Positions 9,260 through 19,125 of a DNA stretch of 64,000 bases are shown here, one piece after another; positions within the stretch are counted from its first letter, which is position 1, and each line of letters begins with the position of its first letter. Source of the DNA: an uncultured Candidatus Saccharibacteria bacterium (GTDB lineage Bacteria > Patescibacteriota > Minisyncoccia > UBA6257 > UBA9933). A program made the position numbers and the translations under genes. The notes under the pieces are model-generated. The model saw only the letters and a list, made by a program, of their open reading frames with translations, ran no database searches and was not told where the DNA came from. Location: NCBI GenBank assembly GCA_964642155.1, contig CAZXNT010000002.1, positions 1,801-65,800 on the forward strand, written 5' to 3'.

Positions 9260-9427
9260 TCACCTCCTTAGATTTTTTATCGGCATTTGTATTATTTTGC
9301 CGATTTTTCCTTTGACTACAACGGCAGTTTTTTCAACTTTGTGAGTTAATGCTTCAACCGAAACATAGGTTATTCCTTCTCCCTCAAAATCAATCTCTAT
9401 AAAACCCTTTTTTACTTTATCATTCAC
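9260..9427 (-). CDS. Small protein, 55 aa, translationally coupled to the upstream ORF; possible toxin-antitoxin partner
   Basis: Not in the supplied ORF track (under 60 aa). A GTG start overlaps the upstream TGA, and its own AAAGGAGGT ribosome-binding site lies 8 nt upstream. The ORF runs to the TGA at 9260-9262. Confidence 0.4.
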   Translation of the reverse strand: MNDKVKKGFIEIDFEGEGITYVSVEALTHKVEKTAVVVKGKIGKIIQMPIKNLRR

Positions 9428-9615
9428 CCCATATTACCTCCTTTTGGTTTCATTTTAATTTTTTTAAATCCAAACTGTTTTTTTTCGCCAGCCAATTCAG
9501 CCGCGGCTTCTTGGCCGATAACTTCTCTCCACCCATTACTCTTATCAATTCCCTTAATATTGCTTTTGTTATTTTTCCATTCTACTACCCAGATGTCCCT
9601 TGGTTTCAAGCTCAT
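9424..9615 (-). CDS. Small protein, 63 aa; its N-terminus weakly resembles BrnT/DUF497 (W..EW..NKSNIKG)
   Basis: GGAGGA ribosome-binding site 4 nt upstream of the ATG. Its stop overlaps the next ORF's start (GTGA). Confidence 0.45.
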   Translation of the reverse strand: MSLKPRDIWVVEWKNNKSNIKGIDKSNGWREVIGQEAAAELAGEKKQFGFKKIKMKPKGGNMG

Positions 9616-9694
9616 TGATTCCTCCTTATGCGATTTTTAATATGCTACTATAATTTCTCGAAGAGAAATGATATAATTATAATAATCATAAAAT

Positions 9695-10402
9695 ATGAAT
9701 TTGTCAACAGAATATAAAAATCTTATAAATTCTTTGGTTAAAGACGGTTATTTGAAAACGCCGGAAATTATTGAAGCGTTTAAGGCGATAGATAGAAAGG
9801 ATTTTATTTCAGAAGAACAAAAAAACGAAGCGTATGTCAACGCGCCTTTGCCTATCGGTTTTGGTCAGACGATTTCTCAGCCGCTTACAGTGGCTTTTAT
9901 GTTGGAACTTTTAGAGCCGAAACAAGGAGAAAAAATTCTTGATATCGGCGCGGGCAGCGGATGGGTGTCCGCGCTTTTAGCGTACATCGTATCACGGACC
10001 AATACGGACTACACACGGACAGATACAGACAATATTCCGCGCGAGTCCGCGTTAAGTCCGTGTAAGTCAGTGTTGGTTGTTGCTATGGAGCGGATTTCAG
10101 AACTGAAAGAGATGGCGGAGAAAAATATCGCCAAATATAATTTTATAGAAAAAGGCGTTATAAGTATTATTTTGGGCGATGGCTCAAAAGGGTATAAAAA
10201 AGAGGCGCATTATGATAAAATAATAGCGGCAGCGGCGGCAAAAGGCGAATTGCCGAAAGAATGGCAAAAACAGCTGAATATCGGAGGCCGCATCGTCGCG
10301 CCACTGGGGGATAGTATTGTGGTTATTGACAAAATAGGAAAAAATAAATATAATGTCAAAGAACATTTTGGATTCAGTTTCGTGCCGTTGATAAGCAGTT
10401 AA
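9695..10402 (+). CDS. pcm: Protein-L-isoaspartate O-methyltransferase, with a roughly 20-aa GC-rich in-frame insert
   Basis: GQTISQP and LDIGAGSGW motifs. The insert SRTNTDYTRTDTDNIPRESALSPCKSV is encoded by the imperfect palindrome at about 9991-10075. Confidence 0.85.
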   Translation: MNLSTEYKNLINSLVKDGYLKTPEIIEAFKAIDRKDFISEEQKNEAYVNAPLPIGFGQTISQPLTVAFMLELLEPKQGEKILDIGAGSGWVSALLAYIVSRTNTDYTRTDTDNIPRESALSPCKSVLVVAMERISELKEMAEKNIAKYNFIEKGVISIILGDGSKGYKKEAHYDKIIAAAAAKGELPKEWQKQLNIGGRIVAPLGDSIVVIDKIGKNKYNVKEHFGFSFVPLISS

Positions 10403-10423
10403 ATAAAAATTATTATTAAAATC

Positions 10424-10729
10424 ATGATTACCAAAGAAGAATTACGACAAATTATTTTAAAAGATTTAAAAATTGATTCTTTGCCGATTGAAGTTCAGGA
10501 TAAAATTCTGGAAAAACTCGGTGGCAATATTATTAAAAGAATCACTTTAGCGGTTTTAAAAAATCTTCCGGAAGAAGCAAGGCCGGAATTTGAAAAATTA
10601 AGCGAAGCCGGAGACGAAATAAAAATGCAGGAATTTTTTAGAAACACAATTCCGAATTTTGAAGAATTAACGCAAAAAACGATAAAAGAAACAATTAACG
10701 AATATAAAGAAATAGCGGGAATTAAATAA
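10424..10729 (+). CDS. Hypothetical small protein
   Basis: ORF 4 nt upstream of the large hypothetical gene; no recognisable motif. Confidence 0.4.
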   Translation: MITKEELRQIILKDLKIDSLPIEVQDKILEKLGGNIIKRITLAVLKNLPEEARPEFEKLSEAGDEIKMQEFFRNTIPNFEELTQKTIKETINEYKEIAGIK

Positions 10730-10734
10730 ATAAA

Positions 10735-13317
10735 ATGACTAAATTTGAAATAAATCACAATATAGATGCGGAAGAAGGATTACCCGATACTGAAATGGCC
10801 CGAAAATTTCAGGAGGCGGTCAAAAAGAAAAAAGCCGAAAACAACCTAGATTATAAAGGCGATAATCCAGAAACATCAAAAGAAGTTATTCATGATTTGG
10901 GTGTTTTTGGTGTTTATGGAGAGTTGGAAGAAAAAGCGGAAGAACCAAAGTCGCAAGAGCAAATGGAAGATGATTTAATTAAAGCTGCTTTGGGCGAAAA
11001 TGTTTTTGAAAGACCTGATAAGGAATTGGAAAAATCAAAACCGCATTATAAAGATGCTTATGATGAGCAGATAGTGTCAATGACGTTAAAATTAAAAGGA
11101 TTAGAGAATCCATCAGAACTATTTAATAAAAAGGCCACTGCGGAACAAAAAGAAGAACGCCAAAAATTAATAGAAACATTAAAACACGGTATTGAAGAAG
11201 CGAAATTAAGAAAAGAGAAAATCGGTAAAAAGATTAAAGATAAAAAACCCGAAAGAACGGAAATAAAATCAAAGCAGCCGGGTAAAAAAGAAAAACATTA
11301 TATTTATAAAGAAGTAAACAGGCTTGGAGAAAATATTGGTTTGGTAAAAAAAGAGCTTAGAGAAGCAAAAACCGATGAAGAAAAGAAAATAGCTAGGGCA
11401 AAACTTGAATCTTCTATTACAGAATTTGAAAAATCCAAAGAAGCGTGGAATAGAATCAAAGATTCGTCAAAAATCAGCGGGAAAAAAGAAACAAAAATTC
11501 GTTCGCAGGTTGAAATTGACACCGCTGAAAGTCAGTTAAAGACTTATGGTAAAAAATTTTTAACGGAAGAGAGCACTCCGGAAGATTTAAAAGAATTTAT
11601 TAGTAAAGAAAAAGAAATAAAACGCGAACAAAAAACGCAAAAAGAAAATGTGTCTGATTTAACCATGTCTAAAGGCCGTCAAGAAGAAATTAATAAAGTT
11701 TGGCAGAAAGAAGTTTTAAATAATGAAAAAGAAGGAGAAAAATTTGATTTAACAACTCCCGAAGGACGTCAAAAAGAAATTGAAAGAGTTCAACAAGAAG
11801 AAGCGGAAAAACTTTTAACTGCGGCTGATAAACAAGAAGAAAAAATAGAAGAAGAAATTAAACAGGAAAAATCTTGGATTAGGGAAAAAGTTGAAAAAAC
11901 GGCGAATTGGTATAAAAAACAGCCATTATGGAAGAAAGTTTTATTTTCATTCAGTTGTATTGGTGTGGCTTCGGCGTCAGCGACGCTTGGCGGAGCGGCA
12001 GGCGCGACGATTGCGGCAGCGGCTTTTACGGGCAGTATCGGCCAAAGAGCGTTGGGAGGATTGGCAACTTTTATAACAGTTGAAGGAGTATTAAAAAAAT
12101 CCGCAGAAAAAGGCGGGAAAGAAAGAACTAAGGCGGAAGCCGCAAGGCATACAGTTGAAGCGGCTGTTCTTGGATTACTTGTTGGCAGTGGTCAATTCGC
12201 GCGAGGCGTAAAAGAGATTGCCGATGTTACGGGAGCAAGTGATTTATTAAAGAATGCTTATGAATTTTGGATTCCCAAATCGGAGATTAAAATAATGCCT
12301 TCTATTAAAATGTCCCCAGAAGAATTTCACAATCGATATCCTGGTTTAAAATATAGCACAGGGATTGAAGATGCTGATATAAAATTAAAGGCGGCAATTG
12401 GAGTAGAAGCGTCTCAACCAATAGCACCAGTCGAAGAATTAAAAGCAAATGTTTTAGAAATAGGCGACCGCGGGCCCGAAGGTGCGATTATTGATTATTT
12501 TGGAGAAAATCCGGATATTGCCGTTGAAAAATTTGGTTGTCCAAAAGAATTATACGGTCCTAATGGAGAAATTACTGATTTAGATAAATTTAACGAATGG
12601 GCGGGAATAAAAGCTCATCAATTATGGTTGGCAGACGCCAAAGAAGCATTAACAAAACCGGAAACATTGGGGAAATTAAAAGAACTTGGTTATCCGCAAG
12701 ACGCGGAGGGTTATGCCAAAATGATGCATCGTATTGGCAAAGGTTCTGTTGAACTTGATTTTAAAACCGGAAAGATTAATTTAGCGAATGATACGGAATA
12801 TTTAAAGGCGCGGATAGATGCCGGAAAAGGCGGTCAACTATTAGTGGATAAAACTCACGGTGGTGGCATAAAAGTTCCTCCGGAATATTTTGACGGAAGT
12901 AAAAAAATGCTTTACGAGGAAGATATAGATAGGTTAAATAAAAAATATTCAGGTACTATCAAAACAAGTGAAAATAGCAATGTTGGCGTTTTTGATAATG
13001 TAAAAAATTGGCTTGAAAATAAAGCTAAAATTGATGTTAAAAAATCTTCTTGGCTGACGGAAAAATTTTTGGGTAATCACAAGGTGGGCGAGATTTTAGA
13101 CCCTGGATTTGCGAAACCTCAGGGCGTTGAGGCGTATACAACTGCGGAGCCGGAATACGGAAGTCCGCAATGGTGGGAATTGAAAGAAAAATCCGGATTA
13201 CAAAATCAAATCGGAAAAATTTTAAGAAGCATGCCAATTGGAGAAAGGGCGAAGTTTCAAAATGTTTCAGTTATTAATTTCTTAAAAGAATACATTGGCG
13301 CTGGCGATAAAAAATAA
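10735..13317 (+). CDS. Large hypothetical protein: KE-rich N-terminal half, a Gly/Ala-rich hydrophobic segment, and a C-terminal globular region
   Basis: 860 aa. Central hydrophobic segment FSFSCIGVASASATLGGAAGATIAAAAFTGSIG. No recognisable catalytic motif. Confidence 0.5.
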   Translation: MTKFEINHNIDAEEGLPDTEMARKFQEAVKKKKAENNLDYKGDNPETSKEVIHDLGVFGVYGELEEKAEEPKSQEQMEDDLIKAALGENVFERPDKELEKSKPHYKDAYDEQIVSMTLKLKGLENPSELFNKKATAEQKEERQKLIETLKHGIEEAKLRKEKIGKKIKDKKPERTEIKSKQPGKKEKHYIYKEVNRLGENIGLVKKELREAKTDEEKKIARAKLESSITEFEKSKEAWNRIKDSSKISGKKETKIRSQVEIDTAESQLKTYGKKFLTEESTPEDLKEFISKEKEIKREQKTQKENVSDLTMSKGRQEEINKVWQKEVLNNEKEGEKFDLTTPEGRQKEIERVQQEEAEKLLTAADKQEEKIEEEIKQEKSWIREKVEKTANWYKKQPLWKKVLFSFSCIGVASASATLGGAAGATIAAAAFTGSIGQRALGGLATFITVEGVLKKSAEKGGKERTKAEAARHTVEAAVLGLLVGSGQFARGVKEIADVTGASDLLKNAYEFWIPKSEIKIMPSIKMSPEEFHNRYPGLKYSTGIEDADIKLKAAIGVEASQPIAPVEELKANVLEIGDRGPEGAIIDYFGENPDIAVEKFGCPKELYGPNGEITDLDKFNEWAGIKAHQLWLADAKEALTKPETLGKLKELGYPQDAEGYAKMMHRIGKGSVELDFKTGKINLANDTEYLKARIDAGKGGQLLVDKTHGGGIKVPPEYFDGSKKMLYEEDIDRLNKKYSGTIKTSENSNVGVFDNVKNWLENKAKIDVKKSSWLTEKFLGNHKVGEILDPGFAKPQGVEAYTTAEPEYGSPQWWELKEKSGLQNQIGKILRSMPIGERAKFQNVSVINFLKEYIGAGDKK

Positions 13318-13503
13318 ACTTGATTTTTTTCTTTAATTCTTTATTATTATAACGAGCCTTGGTTGTGATTCTCGGATCAAGGATTTATAAAAGGGAAGGC
13401 AACAGTATCTTGGTCTTCGGATTGAGGTTGAGCTTACCCACTTGGCTTTTGCCGAGATAATCCAACAATCGGGGCTCATTTTAGTCATTAATTATTAAAC
13501 AAT

Positions 13504-13698
13504 ATGAGACAATGTGAAATTTGTGAGAAGGGTTCTATAATTCGCGGAACGAGAAAAAAACTTCGCGGCAATTACAATCCGACTTCAAAAAAAAGAAAAT
13601 ATCCAAATCTTCAAAGCTCTCGGTCGGCGGACGGAAAGCGTATTTTAGCTTGCACGAAATGCATTAAAACTCAATCAAAGCCAAAGCGCGGGCTGTAG
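13504..13698 (+). CDS. rpmB: 50S ribosomal protein L28
   Basis: MRQCEICEKG...NYNPTSKKRKYPNLQ...CTKC matches L28 zinc-ribbon hallmarks. Its stop codon lies inside the 5' end of the downstream tRNA. Confidence 0.75.
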   Translation: MRQCEICEKGSIIRGTRKKLRGNYNPTSKKRKYPNLQSSRSADGKRILACTKCIKTQSKPKRGL

Positions 13699-13759
13699 CA
13701 TAATGGTAGTGTGCGCGCATGGGGTGCGTGTGGCCCGGGTTCGATTCCCGGCAGCCCGA
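13689..13759 (+). tRNA. tRNA, anticodon probably GGG (Pro)
   Basis: Acceptor stem cgggctg/cagcccg, canonical T-arm ccGGGTTCGATTCCcgg, anticodon stem cgcgc/gcgtg with loop atGGGgt. The D-stem needs two G-U pairs. No CCA is encoded. Confidence 0.6.
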
Positions 13760-13780
13760 AAACACAGTGAATAAAATTTA

Positions 13781-14407
13781 ATGGATAACTTTGTCGTTTT
13801 AATTTTTCAACTTGTTGCGCTTTTATTTTCCGTGATAATCCACGAAGTTTCTCACGGCATAATGGCTTATCGTTTGGGCGACCCGACCGCCAAAAATGCC
13901 GGCCGGCTCACTTTAAATCCGATAAAACATCTGGATTTTTTCGGTTCTTTTCTTTTGCCGTTTACGCTTTTTTTAATCAAAAGTCCTGTTTTATTCGGCT
14001 GGGCGAAACCTGTGCCGTTTAATCCTTTATATTTAAAAAATCCCAAAAGAGACAGCGGATTAATCGGTTTATCCGGGCCGTTAAGCAATTTTTCCATTGC
14101 GATTATTTTCAGCTTGATTTTAAAAATTTTGGCGTTTTTAGGATTTGCCTCACCAGCGTTTTTATTTTTCATAAACATTGTAATTTTAATAAACGTCGCG
14201 CTTGGAGTTTTTAATCTAGTTCCTATTCCGCCGTTGGACGGCTCAAAAGTTCTTTTCGCTTTTTTACCAAAGTCAGCGGAAAAATATATGGCGGCATTGG
14301 AACAATACGGGATGTTTATTTTATTGTTTTTTATTTTTTTCGGATTTCAATTTATAACTCCGATAATTTTTTGGCTTTACGGATTATTAGGCAGCGGAGC
14401 GCTGTAA
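13781..14407 (+). CDS. Site-2 protease (peptidase M50) family membrane metalloprotease
   Basis: HEVSHG (HExxH) in the first transmembrane region, further hydrophobic helices, and an LDGS motif. Confidence 0.8.
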   Translation: MDNFVVLIFQLVALLFSVIIHEVSHGIMAYRLGDPTAKNAGRLTLNPIKHLDFFGSFLLPFTLFLIKSPVLFGWAKPVPFNPLYLKNPKRDSGLIGLSGPLSNFSIAIIFSLILKILAFLGFASPAFLFFINIVILINVALGVFNLVPIPPLDGSKVLFAFLPKSAEKYMAALEQYGMFILLFFIFFGFQFITPIIFWLYGLLGSGAL

Positions 14408-14472
14408 TGGTTGACAATGATTGATTATTTTTGCTATTCTGTGTAATGACTTTAAAAAGTCATTTTTCATTT

Positions 14473-14886
14473 ATGCCGACAATCAGACAATTAATTAAAA
14501 AAGGAAGAAAAAGCACCAAGAAAAAATCCAAATCGCCGGCGCTGGGTTTTTATTTTAATACGATTTTAAACAAGCCGAAATTTTCCGCTTCGCCGTTCAA
14601 GCGCGGCGTATGTTTGAAAGTTTTTACAACTACCCCTAAGAAACCAAACTCGGCTTTGCGCAAGGTGGCGAGAGTGCGACTTAGTAATGGAATGGAAGTA
14701 AGCGCTTATATTCCTGGTGTTGGACATAATCTTCAAGAACATTCAGTTGTTGTGTTAAGAGGAGGAAGAGTAAAAGATTTGCCGGGAGTAAGATATCATA
14801 TAGTGAGAGGAGTTTTAGATGCCACTGGCGTTGACGGAAGAAAACAAGAAAGAAGCAAGTATGGAGTAAAGAGACCGAAGAAATAA
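14473..14886 (+). CDS. rpsL: 30S ribosomal protein S12
   Basis: [13 protein letters not shown]...[10 protein letters not shown]...VRYHIVRG. The ORF track start at 14431 is an upstream extension. Confidence 0.92.
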   Translation: MPTIRQLIKKGRKSTKKKSKSPALGFYFNTILNKPKFSASPFKRGVCLKVFTTTPKKPNSALRKVARVRLSNGMEVSAYIPGVGHNLQEHSVVVLRGGRVKDLPGVRYHIVRGVLDATGVDGRKQERSKYGVKRPKK

Positions 14887-14906
14887 TTTTAAATTTATAC
14901 TATAAA

Positions 14907-15374
14907 ATGCGTAAAAAACGAGTTTACAAAAAAAATCATAAAGCGGACATTAAACACGGCAGTATTGCGGCCGGCCGTTTTGTCAATTATTTAATGATGG
15001 ATGGAAAAAAATCAGTTGCTGAAAAAGTTTTTTACGATTGTTTTGAAAGAATTCAAAAAGAAACAAAACAGGAGCCGTTGGCGATTTTTGACAAAGCCAT
15101 TTCAAATGTTTCGCCTCTTTTGGAAGTTATTTCAAAAAGAGTGGGAGGCGCCAATTATCAGGTGCCGCGCGAAGTGAGACCGGAAAGAAAATTTTTCTTG
15201 GCTTGCAATTGGATTATTAACGTCGCTAACGCGAAAAAAGGAAAATCAATGGCGCAAAAATTAACGGAAGAAATAATTGCCGCTTCTAAAAATGAAGGTT
15301 CGGCAATCAAAAAGAAACAAGATATGCACCGAATGGCGGAGGCGAATAGAGCCTTCGCGCACTTCGCTAGATAA
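14907..15374 (+). CDS. rpsG: 30S ribosomal protein S7
   Basis: Conserved S7 sequence; it sits directly between rpsL and fusA. Confidence 0.9.
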   Translation: MRKKRVYKKNHKADIKHGSIAAGRFVNYLMMDGKKSVAEKVFYDCFERIQKETKQEPLAIFDKAISNVSPLLEVISKRVGGANYQVPREVRPERKFFLACNWIINVANAKKGKSMAQKLTEEIIAASKNEGSAIKKKQDMHRMAEANRAFAHFAR

Positions 15375-15539
15375 AACATAATTTCTAATTTTCAATTATC
15401 AATTTCCAATAAATTTACAATGAATCAATTTACAATGTTTAAATTAAATGCTTGAAAATTGTAAAATTGTCTCCCTGCGGGAGATGTCCCGAAGGGGCAA
15501 AAATTCAATGAAAATTAAAAATTGTAAATTGAAAATTTT

Positions 15540-17681
15540 ATGAGAGCTTATCCTTTAGAAAAATATCGTAATATCGGCATTATTGCCCATATTGACGCCG
15601 GTAAAACCACCGTTTCAGAACGGGTTCTTTTTTATACCGGCATTTCTCATAAAATCGGTGAAGTTCACGAAGGCCTGGCGGTTATGGATTGGATGGAGCA
15701 GGAAAGGGAACGTGGCATTACTATTACATCGGCCGCCACCACTTGTTTTTGGACATCAACGCGGAAATTGCAGGAAATTTCTGACGAAAAAGAAAAACAA
15801 AAAATTCGCGAAACAGATGAACACCGCATAAACATCATTGATACTCCCGGGCACGTTGATTTTACGGTTGAAGTGGAGAGGTCTCTGCGCGTGCTTGACG
15901 GCGGAGTGGTTGTTTTTGACGGCGTTGCCGGCGTTGAGCCACAGTCAGAAACCGTTTGGCATCAGGCGGATAAATATAAAGTTCCGAGAATTTGTTTTAT
16001 AAACAAGTTAGACAGAATGGGCGCCAGTTTTGAACGCTCTCTAAATTCCATAAGAGAACGTTTAACGCCCGAAGCTTATCCCTTACAATTGCCGATAGGA
16101 TTGGAATCGGCTTTTGAGGGCGTGGTTGATTTAATAAAAATGAAAGCGTTTGGTTTTGAAGGAGAACACGGAGAAAAAATTATTGAAAAAGAAATTCCGG
16201 CAGATATGAAAGAAGCATCTGTAAAAGCAAGAGCCCAACTTGTGGAAAAAATCTCCGAATATGACGACGTTTTGATGGAAAAATATCTTAGCGACGGCAA
16301 TCTTTCGGAAGATGAAATTCGCGCTCTTATTAGAAGGGCGACAATCAGTAACGACTTTGTGCCGGTTCTTTGCGGTTCGGCTTTAAAAAATAAAGGAGTT
16401 CAGTTCATGCTTGACGCTGTTTTGGATTATCTGCCGTCACCCGTTGATTTGGCGGAGATTAAGCCGATTAAAGGCAGCAGTTTAAAGACCGGTGAAGAAA
16501 TTATCCGTCAGCCGGATGACAATGAACCGTTTACGGCATTGGCTTTCAAAATCGCGACCGACCCTTATGTCGGTAGTTTGACTTACTTCAGAATTTACAG
16601 CGGTGTTTTGAAAAAGGGAAGTTATGTTTTAAATTCCGTAAAAGACAATCAGGAACGTATTAGCAGAATTGTGCGGATGCACGCTAATAAGCGTGAAGAA
16701 GTTGATGAATTTTATGCCGGCGATATCGGCGCCATTGTCGGATTAAAAAATACCACTACAGGCGACACTCTTTGCGACCCGGAAAAGCCGATTATTTTGG
16801 AAAAAATAATTTTCCCGGAACCGGTTATTTCCATTAGGATTGAACCGAAAACAAAAGTGGACCAGGAAAAAATCGGCACTGCAATGCATCGGCTTGCGGA
16901 AGAAGACCCGACGTTTAAAATCAGCGGAGATTCGGAAACCGGTGAAACAATTATTTCCGGAATGGGAGAGCTTCACCTTGAAATTTTAGTTGAAAGAATG
17001 AAGCGCGAATTCGGAGTTGAAGCGAATGTCGGCCGCCCGCAAGTCGCTTATAAAGAAACCGTTAAAGGGGAATCGGAAGCGGAAGGGAAATACATCAGGC
17101 AGTCCGGCGGACGCGGACAATACGGTCACGTTAAATTAAAAGTAAAAGCGCTAGAACGCGGTAAGGGCTTTGTTTTTGTCAATGGAATCAAGGGAGGAGT
17201 TATTCCGCAGGAATATATTCCGGCGACCGAAAAAGGAGTCAAAGAATCTCTGGACAAAGGTATTTTAGCGGGTTATCCTGTCATAGACGTTGAAGTGACG
17301 TTGTATGACGGCTCTTTCCATGAAGTTGACTCTTCGGAAGCGGCGTTTAAAATTGCCGGTTCCATGGCTTTTCAGGAAGCGGCGAAAAAAGCCAAGCCCG
17401 TTATTCTTGAACCGATAATGAAAATTCAGATATTAGTGTCGCAGGATTTTCTTGGAGATGTTACGGGAGATTTACAGAGCAAGCGCGGCAGAATAGAAGC
17501 TTTAGGAGAAAGGACAAATATGAAAGTTATAGACGCGAAAGTTCCTCTTTCGGAAATGTTCGGCTATGCCACTAAATTGCGCTCAATGACACAGGGCAGG
17601 GGAAGTTTCACGATGGAATTTGACAGATATGAAGAAGTGCCAAAAAGCGTAGAAACTCAAATTATTGAAGGCAGAAAGTAG
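15540..17681 (+). CDS. fusA: Elongation factor G
   Basis: [10 protein letters not shown]1 motif, [13 protein letters not shown], and full EF-G domain order. Confidence 0.95.
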   Translation: MRAYPLEKYRNIGIIAHIDAGKTTVSERVLFYTGISHKIGEVHEGLAVMDWMEQERERGITITSAATTCFWTSTRKLQEISDEKEKQKIRETDEHRINIIDTPGHVDFTVEVERSLRVLDGGVVVFDGVAGVEPQSETVWHQADKYKVPRICFINKLDRMGASFERSLNSIRERLTPEAYPLQLPIGLESAFEGVVDLIKMKAFGFEGEHGEKIIEKEIPADMKEASVKARAQLVEKISEYDDVLMEKYLSDGNLSEDEIRALIRRATISNDFVPVLCGSALKNKGVQFMLDAVLDYLPSPVDLAEIKPIKGSSLKTGEEIIRQPDDNEPFTALAFKIATDPYVGSLTYFRIYSGVLKKGSYVLNSVKDNQERISRIVRMHANKREEVDEFYAGDIGAIVGLKNTTTGDTLCDPEKPIILEKIIFPEPVISIRIEPKTKVDQEKIGTAMHRLAEEDPTFKISGDSETGETIISGMGELHLEILVERMKREFGVEANVGRPQVAYKETVKGESEAEGKYIRQSGGRGQYGHVKLKVKALERGKGFVFVNGIKGGVIPQEYIPATEKGVKESLDKGILAGYPVIDVEVTLYDGSFHEVDSSEAAFKIAGSMAFQEAAKKAKPVILEPIMKIQILVSQDFLGDVTGDLQSKRGRIEALGERTNMKVIDAKVPLSEMFGYATKLRSMTQGRGSFTMEFDRYEEVPKSVETQIIEGRK

Positions 17682-17682
17682 C

Positions 17683-18024
17683 ATGGAATACATTATTGAC
17701 GCCACAAATAAAAAATTTGGCCGACTGGCTTCTGAAGTAGCCGTTATTTTGCAAGGCAAAAAAAATCCGAAATATGAACCGCGTTTGGAAGGCGATGACA
17801 AAGTTATTGTCAAAAATATTTCTAAAGCGGAAATCAGTTCCAAAAAAACAAAACAAAGAATTTATTATCGTCACACGACTCAAATCGGCCACTTAAAAGA
17901 ACAATCATTGGGAATGTTTATAGAAAAAAAGGGTCCGGGGGCGGCGTTGCGAAAAATGGTAATGGGAATGTTGCCGAAAAACAGATTAAGGATTAAGAGA
18001 ATAAAAAAATTAACCATAGAGTAA
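17683..18024 (+). CDS. rplM: 50S ribosomal protein L13
   Basis: IIDATNKKFGRLAS...YYRHT..IGHLK...MLPKNRL. The ATG is 1 nt after the fusA TAG. Confidence 0.85.
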   Translation: MEYIIDATNKKFGRLASEVAVILQGKKNPKYEPRLEGDDKVIVKNISKAEISSKKTKQRIYYRHTTQIGHLKEQSLGMFIEKKGPGAALRKMVMGMLPKNRLRIKRIKKLTIE

Positions 18025-18519
18025 ATGGAAAAAATAATAAAACCAAAAATTAAAAAAGTTGTTAAGAAAAAAGAAGATAAAGAAGAAAAAGTCGTTAAAG
18101 TCGACGTTAAAAAAACCGCGCCCGTGAAAAAGGAGCGTTATTTTGAAGCGATTGGACGCAGGAAAACGGCTGTTGCCCGCGTGAGGCTTTATACAAAAAA
18201 ACAGGGGGTTGTCGTCAATGAAAAAAATTACGCCGATTATTTTCCGTTATTTCGCTTGCAAAAAGAAATAATGGCTCCTTTTGAAAAAATGAAAATCGGC
18301 GACAAATTGGGCGCTGTCGCTAAGGTAAAAGGCGGTGGAATTTCTTCCCAAGCCGAAGCGGTTCGCCACGGCATTTCCAGGGCTTTGGTTAAATTTAACG
18401 CCGAATTTAACAAACGTTTGCGCCGCGCCGGTTATCTTACGCGCGACCCCAGAATGGTGGAGCGCAAAAAATACGGACGCCATAAGGCGCGCCGGAGCCA
18501 TCAATGGAGAAAGAGATAA
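18025..18519 (+). CDS. rpsI: 30S ribosomal protein S9, with a Lys-rich N-terminal extension
   Basis: The C-terminus GYLTRDPRMVERKKYGRHKARRSHQWRKR is an S9 hallmark. Confidence 0.9.
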   Translation: MEKIIKPKIKKVVKKKEDKEEKVVKVDVKKTAPVKKERYFEAIGRRKTAVARVRLYTKKQGVVVNEKNYADYFPLFRLQKEIMAPFEKMKIGDKLGAVAKVKGGGISSQAEAVRHGISRALVKFNAEFNKRLRRAGYLTRDPRMVERKKYGRHKARRSHQWRKR

Positions 18520-18559
18520 ATTAGAATTATGAATTAAGAATTATGAATGAAATTTAATT

Positions 18560-19000
18560 ATGTTCTCTCTAAAATCCATTATTATTCTTTTAGTTTTTAT
18601 TATCGTAGTTCATATTCTTGCTCTTATTAATCATTGGTATTGGACTTACCAGTGGCTTGATATTCCGATGCACTTTTTGGGCGGTTTTTGGACGGCAGCA
18701 ACGCTTATAGCGCTGAATTTAAAATTAAGGATTAAGAATTTAGAATTATTTAACGCGTCCAATTATTTAATTACTGTAATAATGACTTTATCTTTTGCTG
18801 CCTTAATTGGAGTATTTTTAGAATTTGCCGAATTTCTTTATGATATTTTTATCTCTTCAAGGGGATATTTCGGTTTTTTGCAATTAGGCGCCGCGGATAC
18901 GATTGCGGATTTATTTTTTGACCTCTTAGGAGCGTTTGTTTTTATAATTATTTATAGAGTAATCGCGAATAATGTAAATTCTAAACAAATATACAAATAG
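18560..19000 (+). CDS. Polytopic membrane protein (paralog of 8503-9087)
   Basis: Four predicted transmembrane helices. It contains an in-frame heptamer-repeat tract at 18719-18757. Confidence 0.55.
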   Translation: MFSLKSIIILLVFIIVVHILALINHWYWTYQWLDIPMHFLGGFWTAATLIALNLKLRIKNLELFNASNYLITVIMTLSFAALIGVFLEFAEFLYDIFISSRGYFGFLQLGAADTIADLFFDLLGAFVFIIIYRVIANNVNSKQIYK

Positions 19001-19013
19001 CAGATTTTAATTA

Positions 19014-19041
19014 TTGACTTTTTTGGTGGAATGTGTATAAT
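19014..19041 (+). promoter_or_regulatory. Sigma70-type promoter (TTGACT, 16 nt spacer, TGnTATAAT); start of the duplicated promoter/leader cassette
   Basis: ttgact tttttggtggaatgtg tataat. The cassette 19014-19125 is about 85% identical to 25693-25805. Confidence 0.6.
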
Positions 19042-19125
19042 TGAAACAATTAACAAATTAACAAAAGTTCGTTTTTAACGGACTAGATGATAGAAAATCG
19101 GAAAAAAGAAAATTGGAGGTGGAAT

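Noticed and set aside
15583-17892. Small ORFs inside or antisense to fusA (15583-15831, 16076-16300, 16743-16976, 17583-17843, 17662-17892)
   Set aside because: They are fully embedded in the strongly supported EF-G gene and carry no motifs or start signals.
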